From: an uncultured virus (IMG/VR IMGVR_UViG_3300025459_000001)
Lineage: Duplodnaviria; Heunggongvirae; Uroviricota; Caudoviricetes
Virus record (IMG/VR): IMGVR_UViG_3300025459_000001
Length of the DNA stretch: 64,000 bases
Strand: one strand, 5' to 3'
Shown: positions 10,553 to 19,904 of the stretch, piece by piece
Layout: each line of letters starts with the position of its first letter
Numbering within the stretch: the stretch's first letter is position 1
Made by a program: the position numbers and the translations under genes
The notes under the pieces: model-generated
Seen by the model: only the letters and a program-made list of their open reading frames with translations
Database searches by the model: none
Told to the model about the DNA's origin: nothing

Positions 10553-11173
10553 TCAGAACTTAAAGTTTGGGTTCGAGAACGCTCCCCCGGCTGCGGTTCC
10601 CAGACCGCCCAACCCTTCACCAATAACCCCAAGCTTCGCGGCCTGCTGCTGCTCCTGCACATTCATAACGGCCTGTTCGCTCTGCGAAGCCCCGCTGTAG
10701 CCACTCAACGCTGCGCCTAATTGTTGAAGTCCGAATGCCCCTACGCCAGACCCGATGTTTGCCAGAGTGGTTGGGGCCTGGTTAATCATCCCGGCTTCGG
10801 TATTCGCCGTCGTCGTTGCCCGTTGAGTCTGGAGATTTGCCAACGCCGCATCCCTTGCCGGTCCTGGCGGGATGTTATTCATGATTTGTTCTTGCGAAGC
10901 GTTAAACCCGCTGGTGATAGTGGAAATAGTGGGCATCGCCGCCGCTAGAGCCGCTGAACGATCACCTGAGGCTAAAGCCGTCTGCTGAGCGATGAGCGGC
11001 TGTTGAAGTTCTAGGGCTTCGGTCTGATTGGCCATGGCTTGCGGGGTTTCCGCTGTGGCGACGGCTGTCTCCTGGTTGGCTGTGTTGGTCACCGGCTGCG
11101 TGGAAGGCCCACCGCGGGTGATTAGGCTGAGACGGGAGACGTACCCGAATCGCCTCCATTGCGAATTGGTCAT
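10553..11173 (-). CDS. small DNA-ejection (pilot) protein, P22 gp7-like architecture
   Basis: Ala/Gln/Gly-rich, basic N-terminal leader then GGPST, Gly-rich C-terminus. Confidence 0.55.
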   Translation of the reverse strand: MTNSQWRRFGYVSRLSLITRGGPSTQPVTNTANQETAVATAETPQAMANQTEALELQQPLIAQQTALASGDRSAALAAAMPTISTITSGFNASQEQIMNNIPPGPARDAALANLQTQRATTTANTEAGMINQAPTTLANIGSGVGAFGLQQLGAALSGYSGASQSEQAVMNVQEQQQAAKLGVIGEGLGGLGTAAGGAFSNPNFKF

Positions 11174-11176
11174 GCT

Positions 11177-11803
11177 TTAACCCCCAGTCCCACGTTGTAC
11201 TCGCCAGTCCTCCCTAGTCAGGTAGGACATGACGGCGTCGGCAGGAACTCCATGGTACGATGCGAACTTTGGCAGAGGGGGTAAAAAAGTGAAGCCGAGC
11301 CGTCTCCCAAAAATCAGGGTGGCCCGGTTGTCAGCGAGGCTCAAGCCGTACAGGATATCAAGGTTTTCCGTTTCAAACGAATACTCAAGGGTCTTCTCGA
11401 TCAACCGCAAAGGAATCCGGTGGTGCATGTATTCCCTGAATATTACGAACCCGCAATCGGCTTTCCGTCCTCCAGAACCTCCCCGGATGCTCCAGAGCCA
11501 CGCGAGACCGGCCAAGCGTGCTTCATGGGCATCGTTGCGGATAAAACAGCCGAGATAGCGGTTGTCCTTGGCTTCAAGCCACCCGATGAACTCTTTGAGA
11601 GTGGGGACGTGGCTGAAGAAGACTGTCTCCAGAAGGTTATCGGCCTCCATCTGAATATAGGCTCTGGCCATCAAACTCTGAGAAATGTCGCTGGCTACGA
11701 ACACCTCTGGGTGCGCTTTTATCTGGAGTACGCTGGTAGCGGTAGCCATCACTTTCAACTTTAGTCTTATGTCGTTAAAAACACAATCTAAGCCCTCAAC
11801 CAA
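11177..11803 (-). CDS. GNAT-fold acetyltransferase-like protein of podovirus tail modules
   Basis: LYGLSLADNRAT..FGRRLGF GNAT motif B-like; position before ejection genes. Confidence 0.65.
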   Translation of the reverse strand: MVEGLDCVFNDIRLKLKVMATATSVLQIKAHPEVFVASDISQSLMARAYIQMEADNLLETVFFSHVPTLKEFIGWLEAKDNRYLGCFIRNDAHEARLAGLAWLWSIRGGSGGRKADCGFVIFREYMHHRIPLRLIEKTLEYSFETENLDILYGLSLADNRATLIFGRRLGFTFLPPLPKFASYHGVPADAVMSYLTREDWRVQRGTGG

Positions 11804-12891
11804 AACGAACAGGTGAAGTACGCCGGTAACCCACCGTTTGCCACAGTTGGCGGATTGATGAGCGCCTGTGAAACCGTCACGTTATGGGTGTGCGTCTTCA
11901 GCGTGACCTGATTTCCGGTCCCTGTACTCACGGCAACGTCCGCGCCGCTTTCGCTGATAGTGCTGGCGCTTGCCGGTACTTCCAGTGTTGGGCTCGTAGC
12001 GGGGTTAACTGTTTCGCCGTAACCTCCGCCGAAGATGGCCGCTACGGTTCCGTTATAGTTGGGCGGAGTAACGCTAGTCGTTCCCCCAGTTGCCGTGGTG
12101 CAAGTATGTGCAGCCCCATCGCACGGGTACCATACCCCGCCTGGGGGAGCCGCCGCCGCCATCACGATGAACTGGGAACCGGGATCTCCCGGCGCATTAC
12201 CCCAAGCAGTGCCGCTCCAAAGCCATTCGTGCATGTAAGTCTGATCGCTGAAACGAAATCCCGCATCGCTGCTCGACAAGTCTGTGGGCATATTCGCGTA
12301 GGAAGACGTAAACACACCGCTTTGGTAAACCCACACATTTGTCCCCGAGATTTTTTGGACGACGTAGGTTACTTGCCGGTCGCTGAATGTGGAATTGCTT
12401 TCGAAGAATTGTGTCCCGGCCGGATACTTGGATGCCGGATAATGGGCTAGGCGGTTGGCATGGGTGTCGATCAACGTAAAAGGACCACTTGTTGAGATAC
12501 CCGCTCCCGATGAAGGGGTCACATCCTGCCATGCCGATCCGCTCCATCGGTATAACTTGACCGGGGTCGTGCTGGTCAATAGCAAGACTCCCGCATCACT
12601 CGATATCAGATTTCCACTCCCCGAAGTCGTGCCGTAGATGATCCCCGCGACATAGGCCCACTGAGATGCACCGCTTATCATCTGCGATTGGTAGGCTACA
12701 TTCTGATCGGTAGCCACGAAGATGCTTTTCGGGTATTTGGCTGCCGGGTAATTGACCCGGTTGGCGTAAATGTCCGAATACACTACCCCGTCATCGGTGA
12801 CTATCTGTTCACAGATTCTTTGAATGAGTGTATTGAAGCGGGTGCAGGCTCCAGTGAAGTCGGATTGAGTACAACCGAAGGGGACGTTCAT
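11788..12891 (-). CDS. tail fibre/collar-like structural protein
   Basis: APPGGVWYPCDG collar-like motif, HTHNV, Thr/Ser/Gly-rich. Confidence 0.55.
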   Translation of the reverse strand: MNVPFGCTQSDFTGACTRFNTLIQRICEQIVTDDGVVYSDIYANRVNYPAAKYPKSIFVATDQNVAYQSQMISGASQWAYVAGIIYGTTSGSGNLISSDAGVLLLTSTTPVKLYRWSGSAWQDVTPSSGAGISTSGPFTLIDTHANRLAHYPASKYPAGTQFFESNSTFSDRQVTYVVQKISGTNVWVYQSGVFTSSYANMPTDLSSSDAGFRFSDQTYMHEWLWSGTAWGNAPGDPGSQFIVMAAAAPPGGVWYPCDGAAHTCTTATGGTTSVTPPNYNGTVAAIFGGGYGETVNPATSPTLEVPASASTISESGADVAVSTGTGNQVTLKTHTHNVTVSQALINPPTVANGGLPAYFTCSFWLRA

Positions 12892-15800
12892 CAGCCGCCG
12901 CCTTCCCCGAGAGTCATCATTTCGCTGAAGGTGATTTGTTTGTAAACCGCGTGCCGGTCAGATCCCAAGTATAGAAGTTCCAAGCCGCTCCCTTCCGCAA
13001 AAAACATAAACGGCGATGAGGAGTCCAACTGGACCCGGTAAGTCTTAGACTTGTTCAACCCGCTCCCCCATACGCTAGGGAGAAGGAATCTCTCCTCTGA
13101 ACGGGTAGCGTGGGCAGGAAGTGTTACTTCAAACGTGCCAGTGTCAGAAATAAGCGTCAGCGTCACCGGCGCCGGACACAGGTACTTCCACCATCCCTGC
13201 TTGACCAATTTCCAAAACTTCCAGCCACATGTCTGCTCGTAGCTATCCCAGTGGGTGACGGCGGCTGGCTCTTTGACGTGATCGAGACTCCAGTCCCAGA
13301 GTTTGAAGGCCCCATTCGGGATAATCACTAATCGCCACTGCGTCCCACTCAGATTCGATGGGCAGGCTACCACAACCCTACGGTTGTCATAGGTGGTGTT
13401 CACTGGGAAGGTGGCGACTGTCCCAGCTTCGCCAGTTTGTAGATTGACTCCGGCTAAAGTTCCTTCTGTGTCTACGGTTAGAATTAGATTTCTCGCCAAC
13501 TTTAAGAACGGCCACCCGAACGAGTTCCACGGCGTACACAGTATGCTGTCAGGAGGATCTGGGGAGTTCTCCTGGTTGAATGGTGCCCAACGGGAAACTC
13601 CCCAATTATAGACTTGGGATAGTCCTCCACTACCAGCCGTAACAAGCAGTCTCCACATCTTTCCGAAGACGTCCACCGGAAGCGCGTAATTGACCTTTCG
13701 ACTTGTAACTACACCAGTGTGGGAGAAGGAGAAGACCGAGCCATTCTCGTTTTCAAGAACGATATTCGCGGCGATCCCTCCCGTGTTCGCATCCAACCAA
13801 ACCCAAGTAGGGTTCTTGTCATCCGGGGTTTCAGCGTCACGCCACGGTAACCACAATATCTGGGTCGGAGGGGCTTGAGATGTTCCCTCTGTAAACGGCG
13901 TCCATCTTGCTAGTCCCCAATCGAACACCTGTGCTTTACCCTTCGTTCCCGGCGTTAGAATAAGCCGCCACATCTTACCGAACGTGTCTGCTGGTATCGG
14001 GTAAGAGTTCTTGCGGTTGTCCACCGTTCCCGTATGCGTAAATGGGAACACATCTCCAGTCTCGTTTACCAACTGACATGCACAAGCGATGTTAGCCGTG
14101 TCCATATCAACCCAGACCCAAGTCGGGTTTTCCTCGACTGGTCCCTGTGCTGGCTTCCATGGGGTTGAGTAGATGATGTCCGCAGGATAGTCCGTCTTGT
14201 CGAAGGTGTACTTCCACTGCTTGAAACCGATTGGCAGAGGGGTTGTGATTGGATACAGACGGATCAATTTGGCAATCGTATCCACAGCGATGGGGAAGGT
14301 ACACTTGCTTCTGTCGCCAGTCAGCGTAAACTGTCCCACGTTGGACACCAGCGTTCCACCACCGATTCCATTGATGATGTCGAGTTGCAGGACTACGTTA
14401 GTGCCCGTAGCGGCAAGCGACAGATCCCATTCGACCGTCACTGTCCTCAAATACTTGTCGTAACCATGCCCGAGATCATCCCAATCTCCAGAGTGAACCA
14501 CGTCGGCCTTGTCCGCCTTCTGGAAAGAGAACCGATGGCTGAACAATTGAAACATCCCGCCGTCAGTGGCAATCGAGGTTTGAGTGGTGTCCACAAATAA
14601 CCGCCACTTTTTACCGATCAGTCCAGGGGGTATGGTGATGTTTCTGCGCCGGTCTTTTTCTGTAGTGGTTACAGTGAAGGTCCAGGGATTTCCACCAATC
14701 ATCACATTCGCTCCGTCTGCCTGGACGTTAACGGTGACCGGCCAGTTATTCGTATTCACTTCCAGGTCAATCTGGTTGGCGTATTTGTCGTACTCGTATC
14801 CGTCGTCCTCCCAAGGGGTATAGGACACAATGTCGGGCGGGTAATCCTCCTTTTCAAAGTCCACATTCAAGATGCGGAAGAAGAACGTGGAGGCCGTATT
14901 GAGAGTGAACCCACCCTCAGGACCCCCAAGAGCAATGGGCCGCAGGCGAACTTCCTTGACAATGGTTCCATCGGCTATCGGGAACGTCTTCAATGTCCGA
15001 CCAGCTCCGCTGATGTCGGCAGTGAGGAGGGTAAACGACTGGACAGCTTCTCCGTACAGGAAAGAATCGCGTCCCGTGAGGACGTCCATGACGATGGTTT
15101 GGTCAATTCCCCGAATAACGTCAAACTCCACCGTCATTTGGTAAAGCCGCTTGTCGTACTTATAGCCAAGGTTCATCCAATCAGTAGCCCCGCTGGTCGT
15201 CTGGATGCCAACGTCGTAATACTTCATGACCAGCGAATAGAAGGTCATTCTGGCCGGATAAGCTTGACCATAGATTCGATACGAAAAGGCCCTCGCTTCC
15301 TGACCATAAACCGTGGGTGGAGTTCCAGCAACCATGCCGGGGAGAAGCGAAATTAACTTTCTTCCAACAGTGCTGCCCGATTGGTAGTCGCTGAGGGGAA
15401 GAGTCACCGTGATCGTATTCACTGCCACATCGGAATAGTTCAACAGGATGTCGATACTTAGAGTCGCGGTTGCAGTATTCCCGGTGACATCGAGATCAAG
15501 CAAGGCTTCCTGTAGTACCTTCTGTGATTCAGGAGAGCCGAAATCAAACCACGGCAGAGAGACCGAGAATGCGATGGGGCCTCCCTGCGTCGTTGGATCG
15601 GTCGTAAATGAGTCGCTAGTGAAGTTATAGTACGCGACGGTGGGCGGAAATCCAGGAACAACAGTGACTGGCACGATGGTTTCCTGGTCGTGCATCACGA
15701 ACGATACGTTATCCAGCCCGGTCACTGACTCGATCATCATGCCAGTATCGGGTTCCGTGTAAGCGACAAAATCCAGATTGAATCCAACACTTACAAACTC

Positions 15801-17939
15801 CTTCCACCTATCCCCAAACCTTGGCTCACAGATCAAGCGCAAATAAGACCCCCCAACCGCTGGGTACAGGAGATGGACCTCTCCTCGGACATATTCCATC
15901 AAACATTGGGACCAGCGTGAGGTATCTATTGGAAAGAACTGATTTTCAGTCTGACCCATCGACACCAGGCCGACTGGACCGCCGCCGTGGAAGATATTAT
16001 CAATCGCCTCCGATCTCTTTCTGAGGTTACCTCCATCCCATGAATACACTCCGTCAACCGCCAGAAACCAAATTTCGGTATCCGTCTGGCACCATGCCCT
16101 GCGCCCGACTACACCCCTATTGGTAACCTGAACTGGCTGCACCAGAGATCCGTCGAGAATCAGCGTCTCGAAGAGCGAGTAAAGATTAAGCGAAACAATC
16201 TGGCCGCGAAACACGCAGAGATCTTTAATAGGATTGGACGGTGTTCCAGCCGCCACCACAGCTACAGATCCATCGGCGGGAGTGACCGCAACGGCTTCTG
16301 GCTGATCGCCTTTGGTCCGGTAAATGTAGTGCGGATTATTGGGATCTCCAGCGATGACCAAGAACTGTTGGTACGGAATCACCGTGAAGCATGGTTGGTT
16401 ACAGATAGTGTCGATCTCGAAAGCGCCTTGCGGATACGCCGAATGAGTATGCTGAAAAAATGCGATGAACTGATTCGCTCCTGTTATCTTTTGGATGATA
16501 ACGTCCTCAGGATTGTCGTAGTACAAGTGCATCAGGGTTCCGGCTGTCACCCCAACTAAACTCCCATAGCCCGTAGCTAAGGTGACTGTCACCCAACCAG
16601 GGTTAGGTCCTGTGGTTAGTTGCGCCGTGGTAATCGCTGCGGAGAAATTTCCCGTGATCGGTTGAGGGGGGCCGCTTGGGACTGGCGGATCGTTGTCCGT
16701 AACCAATAGCCGATTCGGCTCCAAGTCCACATCGGCGACATTATCGATAAACGCTACCTGTGTGGGCGGCGACGTTATGGGCGGGTTCGCCAAGGACCCA
16801 ACAAGCCTCCAAGCGTCGTAAAGTAACCCGCCGCGCCGGTAGATGTTAATGGTCCCAATTTGCGGGTCGCTGCTACCGTAGACCAAAACTTTGACGGCCT
16901 GGAACAGAACGGACGCCGGTTGGCCAGAATAAGACAGCCCGTCCCCACCGAATCCAGCTTGAGTGGCCGCGCTGTCCGTCAGCATTGTCTGGGAGGGGTT
17001 GCCTTCGTTATTGGTGTCTGAGGCCACGAACGTGTAACGGTAATCATAAGGAGTCGAACTGCTCGGGCTGTTGGGTGTGCCGCCGTTCAAATTACCCGTT
17101 CCACCGATCGTGAACACTACAGTGCTTTGACCAGGATTCCCTACTAGTCCGCCGCCACCCTGAAATTGGATTGTAGGTTGTGAGGTATAGCCCGTGCCTC
17201 CGCTTATCATCGTGAAAGACGTTAGACTTCCGGCAGAATCTCCAGGTTGGATGATTGAAGTGAATGTCCCGTTGGCTCCAGTTCCTCCACCACCAGTGGT
17301 TGTCCAAGTTCCGTATGGGACGAAGCAATCGTCATGCCCTGCCGTGAAGACCAATGAGATTAGGCGGCCTTGTGAGCTTGATGCGTTGTACGCCGCGACC
17401 AGAGGCACTCCCGCCGCTGGCAAGATGCCCCAGTTATGCAGGACGTTACCATTTGGGAGCGTAGTCGAATACGGGGATGCTCCGTTATCCTTGAGCATCT
17501 GAAGTTCACTGGCGATGAAGGCCCAACTTCCACCCACGTTACCAGCCGCGTAGGCGGCCATTCGGAAAGACTTGCTCGTAAAGTTCGATAAGGTATTGAT
17601 GTTCGGAGCGACTTCAGTGAAGGTGTTGTAATCTAAGGTCCTATATAGACCTGTTACCCCAATCAATGATGTCGCTCCAATGTACCTAGGATTGGTCGAA
17701 GGGACTAGCGGATTCTCCCCAGGGGTATTAACCAGTTTTTGAATGCCGTAAGCGAAGCTGGGTCCAGAGAGTGTACCGCCGATTGATCTCCTGCCGGACC
17801 TTGTGGAAAGCGAGCCCTCCTGCTTGACTTCGCAGTTAGACATGGATCGGTACTGACTGTCCTTGAGAAGGTTCGCGGCCTCCTTTGTTATGAGACCATT
17901 GGAACCGAATTGAAACTTCACCGACTTTGGATCAGCCAT
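12891..17939 (-). CDS. tail nozzle/stabilisation protein (tail tubular B / P22 gp10-like) with extended C-terminal repeats
   Basis: GSLSTRSG N-terminal motif; IWFLAVDGVYSWDGG...SEAID propeller motif; 1682 aa. Confidence 0.7.
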   Translation of the reverse strand: MADPKSVKFQFGSNGLITKEAANLLKDSQYRSMSNCEVKQEGSLSTRSGRRSIGGTLSGPSFAYGIQKLVNTPGENPLVPSTNPRYIGATSLIGVTGLYRTLDYNTFTEVAPNINTLSNFTSKSFRMAAYAAGNVGGSWAFIASELQMLKDNGASPYSTTLPNGNVLHNWGILPAAGVPLVAAYNASSSQGRLISLVFTAGHDDCFVPYGTWTTTGGGGTGANGTFTSIIQPGDSAGSLTSFTMISGGTGYTSQPTIQFQGGGGLVGNPGQSTVVFTIGGTGNLNGGTPNSPSSSTPYDYRYTFVASDTNNEGNPSQTMLTDSAATQAGFGGDGLSYSGQPASVLFQAVKVLVYGSSDPQIGTINIYRRGGLLYDAWRLVGSLANPPITSPPTQVAFIDNVADVDLEPNRLLVTDNDPPVPSGPPQPITGNFSAAITTAQLTTGPNPGWVTVTLATGYGSLVGVTAGTLMHLYYDNPEDVIIQKITGANQFIAFFQHTHSAYPQGAFEIDTICNQPCFTVIPYQQFLVIAGDPNNPHYIYRTKGDQPEAVAVTPADGSVAVVAAGTPSNPIKDLCVFRGQIVSLNLYSLFETLILDGSLVQPVQVTNRGVVGRRAWCQTDTEIWFLAVDGVYSWDGGNLRKRSEAIDNIFHGGGPVGLVSMGQTENQFFPIDTSRWSQCLMEYVRGEVHLLYPAVGGSYLRLICEPRFGDRWKEFVSVGFNLDFVAYTEPDTGMMIESVTGLDNVSFVMHDQETIVPVTVVPGFPPTVAYYNFTSDSFTTDPTTQGGPIAFSVSLPWFDFGSPESQKVLQEALLDLDVTGNTATATLSIDILLNYSDVAVNTITVTLPLSDYQSGSTVGRKLISLLPGMVAGTPPTVYGQEARAFSYRIYGQAYPARMTFYSLVMKYYDVGIQTTSGATDWMNLGYKYDKRLYQMTVEFDVIRGIDQTIVMDVLTGRDSFLYGEAVQSFTLLTADISGAGRTLKTFPIADGTIVKEVRLRPIALGGPEGGFTLNTASTFFFRILNVDFEKEDYPPDIVSYTPWEDDGYEYDKYANQIDLEVNTNNWPVTVNVQADGANVMIGGNPWTFTVTTTEKDRRRNITIPPGLIGKKWRLFVDTTQTSIATDGGMFQLFSHRFSFQKADKADVVHSGDWDDLGHGYDKYLRTVTVEWDLSLAATGTNVVLQLDIINGIGGGTLVSNVGQFTLTGDRSKCTFPIAVDTIAKLIRLYPITTPLPIGFKQWKYTFDKTDYPADIIYSTPWKPAQGPVEENPTWVWVDMDTANIACACQLVNETGDVFPFTHTGTVDNRKNSYPIPADTFGKMWRLILTPGTKGKAQVFDWGLARWTPFTEGTSQAPPTQILWLPWRDAETPDDKNPTWVWLDANTGGIAANIVLENENGSVFSFSHTGVVTSRKVNYALPVDVFGKMWRLLVTAGSGGLSQVYNWGVSRWAPFNQENSPDPPDSILCTPWNSFGWPFLKLARNLILTVDTEGTLAGVNLQTGEAGTVATFPVNTTYDNRRVVVACPSNLSGTQWRLVIIPNGAFKLWDWSLDHVKEPAAVTHWDSYEQTCGWKFWKLVKQGWWKYLCPAPVTLTLISDTGTFEVTLPAHATRSEERFLLPSVWGSGLNKSKTYRVQLDSSSPFMFFAEGSGLELLYLGSDRHAVYKQITFSEMMTLGEGGG

Positions 17940-17960
17940 GTTATTACATCGACCACACCG

Positions 17961-19904
17961 TCACTGAATCCAACTGCCCATCACCAGCGGAGGGAGAGCG
18001 CCCGGCATCGTGCCATCGCTCGCGGCGTTCGCCTGGTTGATGTTAAGCGGCTGGTACCAGCTCGCCATCGTCGCGTAAATGATGTGCGGATCGCACTTCG
18101 ACGGGGGGGCTACGCTGGTGATCCCCGCTGTCGCCGCTAGCGGAACATTGAACAGCGCCATGCAATTGGCTAGGTCCGCCATCGTTCCCGGCCCTCCGAT
18201 CAGCGCATCGTAGTCCACCAAGCCCCGGTAAGGACCCACTCCTGCATAGCCGGTGCTCGATCCACTCGGCATATTCGACCACACCGGGCTCACGCTGGAG
18301 ATATCTCCATAGGTCGCGCTCGGATGGGCTGCCGTGCCGTTGTCCCAGTGGTTGCCTTGAGCCGCCGAAGGCCAATAATTATTCGTGTTCCCCGCCGTCC
18401 AGTTGTTGCATGCCGCACCGCCCCACGTGCAGGCGGTTGCATTGTAGGTATTGCTCGTGTCCGGCTCGATACCGTAAGTCCACCCGAAGACTAGGTTGTC
18501 TTTGGCAATCACGTTGACATCGGCGTTGCCGGTAGATTCGCCGGGGGAGAGCCCTTGACTTTCGCCTGCCGCGTCGGGCAGCGATGCGATGACCGTGTTG
18601 TGAGACTCGGTGGTCCCGTTTGTGCCGCCGTTGCCGATGGAGTGAAAACAGATGTTTGTGTTGACGGGCTCGCTGCCGATTACCAGACCCACGTTGCGCG
18701 TCACGCAGACGTTGTGGGCGAAGATGAAATTCGTCGTGTTCGCCGAGCCATTGTACTGAAGCACTCCGCCGCAGCCCTGGCACGCGTTGACGCTCCGCAC
18801 GTTCGGCGTGATGCCGATGTTGTATTGGTAGATTGCAGTGCCCGTTCCGCCCGCCTGTCCCGTGCCGTCGTAAATCTCGTACTGATCGGTGTGGATGTTG
18901 GTCGTGTTCGATGGAACCAGCACGATTGAGTCGGGAGTGTTCGAATTGGAATAGTACGTGGTAGCCACGTCGCCGACCACGTTGTATTGGGTCAAGATCG
19001 GGCTCAGCAGATTGCCGCCCCAGGAACCGGCTCCAAGCAACGGACCTTCATGGGCGCTCGAAGAAAACCACCCGTTCCCGCTGAGCGTCAGAGAAAACGC
19101 CTCATTCGGACTGGTCGCACCCTGATAGAACGTCATGGCGCTTTGCGGATTCATTGCCACGTTGTTCTCGACCAGAATGGGCTTTTCACTGTAGTTCGTG
19201 TAGTCGCAGATCAAGGCGGTGGTCGAGTTGCATCCCGTATCGGCCGAAAAGCCGATCCAGAGGTTGTTCTCAATAAGGGTCGAACCCCCATTCCCCCAGA
19301 CGCTATGGGCTTGGATCGCGTCCCAGCCGCCGCCGGAGAACACCGCGTCGATCAGCTGAAAGCCCGGGGTGCTGCCGCTGTTCCCGAAACCGACGTTGAT
19401 ACATTGAATGCTCGCGGCGGAAGAGCCGCAGGGCGACGCAACGATCACGTTTTGCAGATTCCAGACCGCATCGCCGTAAGATCCGCAACTGCTATCGGCG
19501 TGAAATGCGATGGGAGACGTACCGTTCACCGAGTTGACCGTGACGTAGTTGGACGGGCTTGCAGCGCTGAAATCGAGCGTTCCGCTCTGGCAGACATCGA
19601 AGCCGAACATACTGGTGCCCCAGACCGTTCCGGTGCTTGCAAAGAGATAGTTCCGAATCCCGGCACCGTCGAGCTTCAGATCTCCTTGAACCTTGATCAG
19701 CCCCCCCACCGTCCATGTGGGAATGTTGTTAGTCACCGTATCGCCAGCAGCGATTACGACGGCATAGCCCGTCCCGTTGGGCACAACTCCCCCAGCCCAC
19801 GTTGACGTGCTGTTGGCCGGGCCGCCGCCACTGCCGTTCGACGTAACGGTGGTGACGGCGAAACTGAGCGAGCAGAAAGCGAAAATGGCAAGGATGGTCT
19901 TCAT
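17961..19904 (-). CDS. signal-peptide-bearing beta-helix-like protein (true start MKTILAIFAF at 19904)
   Basis: ATG overlaps the upstream TGA (ATGA). Hydrophobic leader ending SFA. Asn/Gly-rich beta-helix-like repeats. The ORF-track extension to 20408 overlaps the upstream gene. Confidence 0.7.
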   Translation of the reverse strand: MKTILAIFAFCSLSFAVTTVTSNGSGGGPANSTSTWAGGVVPNGTGYAVVIAAGDTVTNNIPTWTVGGLIKVQGDLKLDGAGIRNYLFASTGTVWGTSMFGFDVCQSGTLDFSAASPSNYVTVNSVNGTSPIAFHADSSCGSYGDAVWNLQNVIVASPCGSSAASIQCINVGFGNSGSTPGFQLIDAVFSGGGWDAIQAHSVWGNGGSTLIENNLWIGFSADTGCNSTTALICDYTNYSEKPILVENNVAMNPQSAMTFYQGATSPNEAFSLTLSGNGWFSSSAHEGPLLGAGSWGGNLLSPILTQYNVVGDVATTYYSNSNTPDSIVLVPSNTTNIHTDQYEIYDGTGQAGGTGTAIYQYNIGITPNVRSVNACQGCGGVLQYNGSANTTNFIFAHNVCVTRNVGLVIGSEPVNTNICFHSIGNGGTNGTTESHNTVIASLPDAAGESQGLSPGESTGNADVNVIAKDNLVFGWTYGIEPDTSNTYNATACTWGGAACNNWTAGNTNNYWPSAAQGNHWDNGTAAHPSATYGDISSVSPVWSNMPSGSSTGYAGVGPYRGLVDYDALIGGPGTMADLANCMALFNVPLAATAGITSVAPPSKCDPHIIYATMASWYQPLNINQANAASDGTMPGALPPLVMGSWIQ

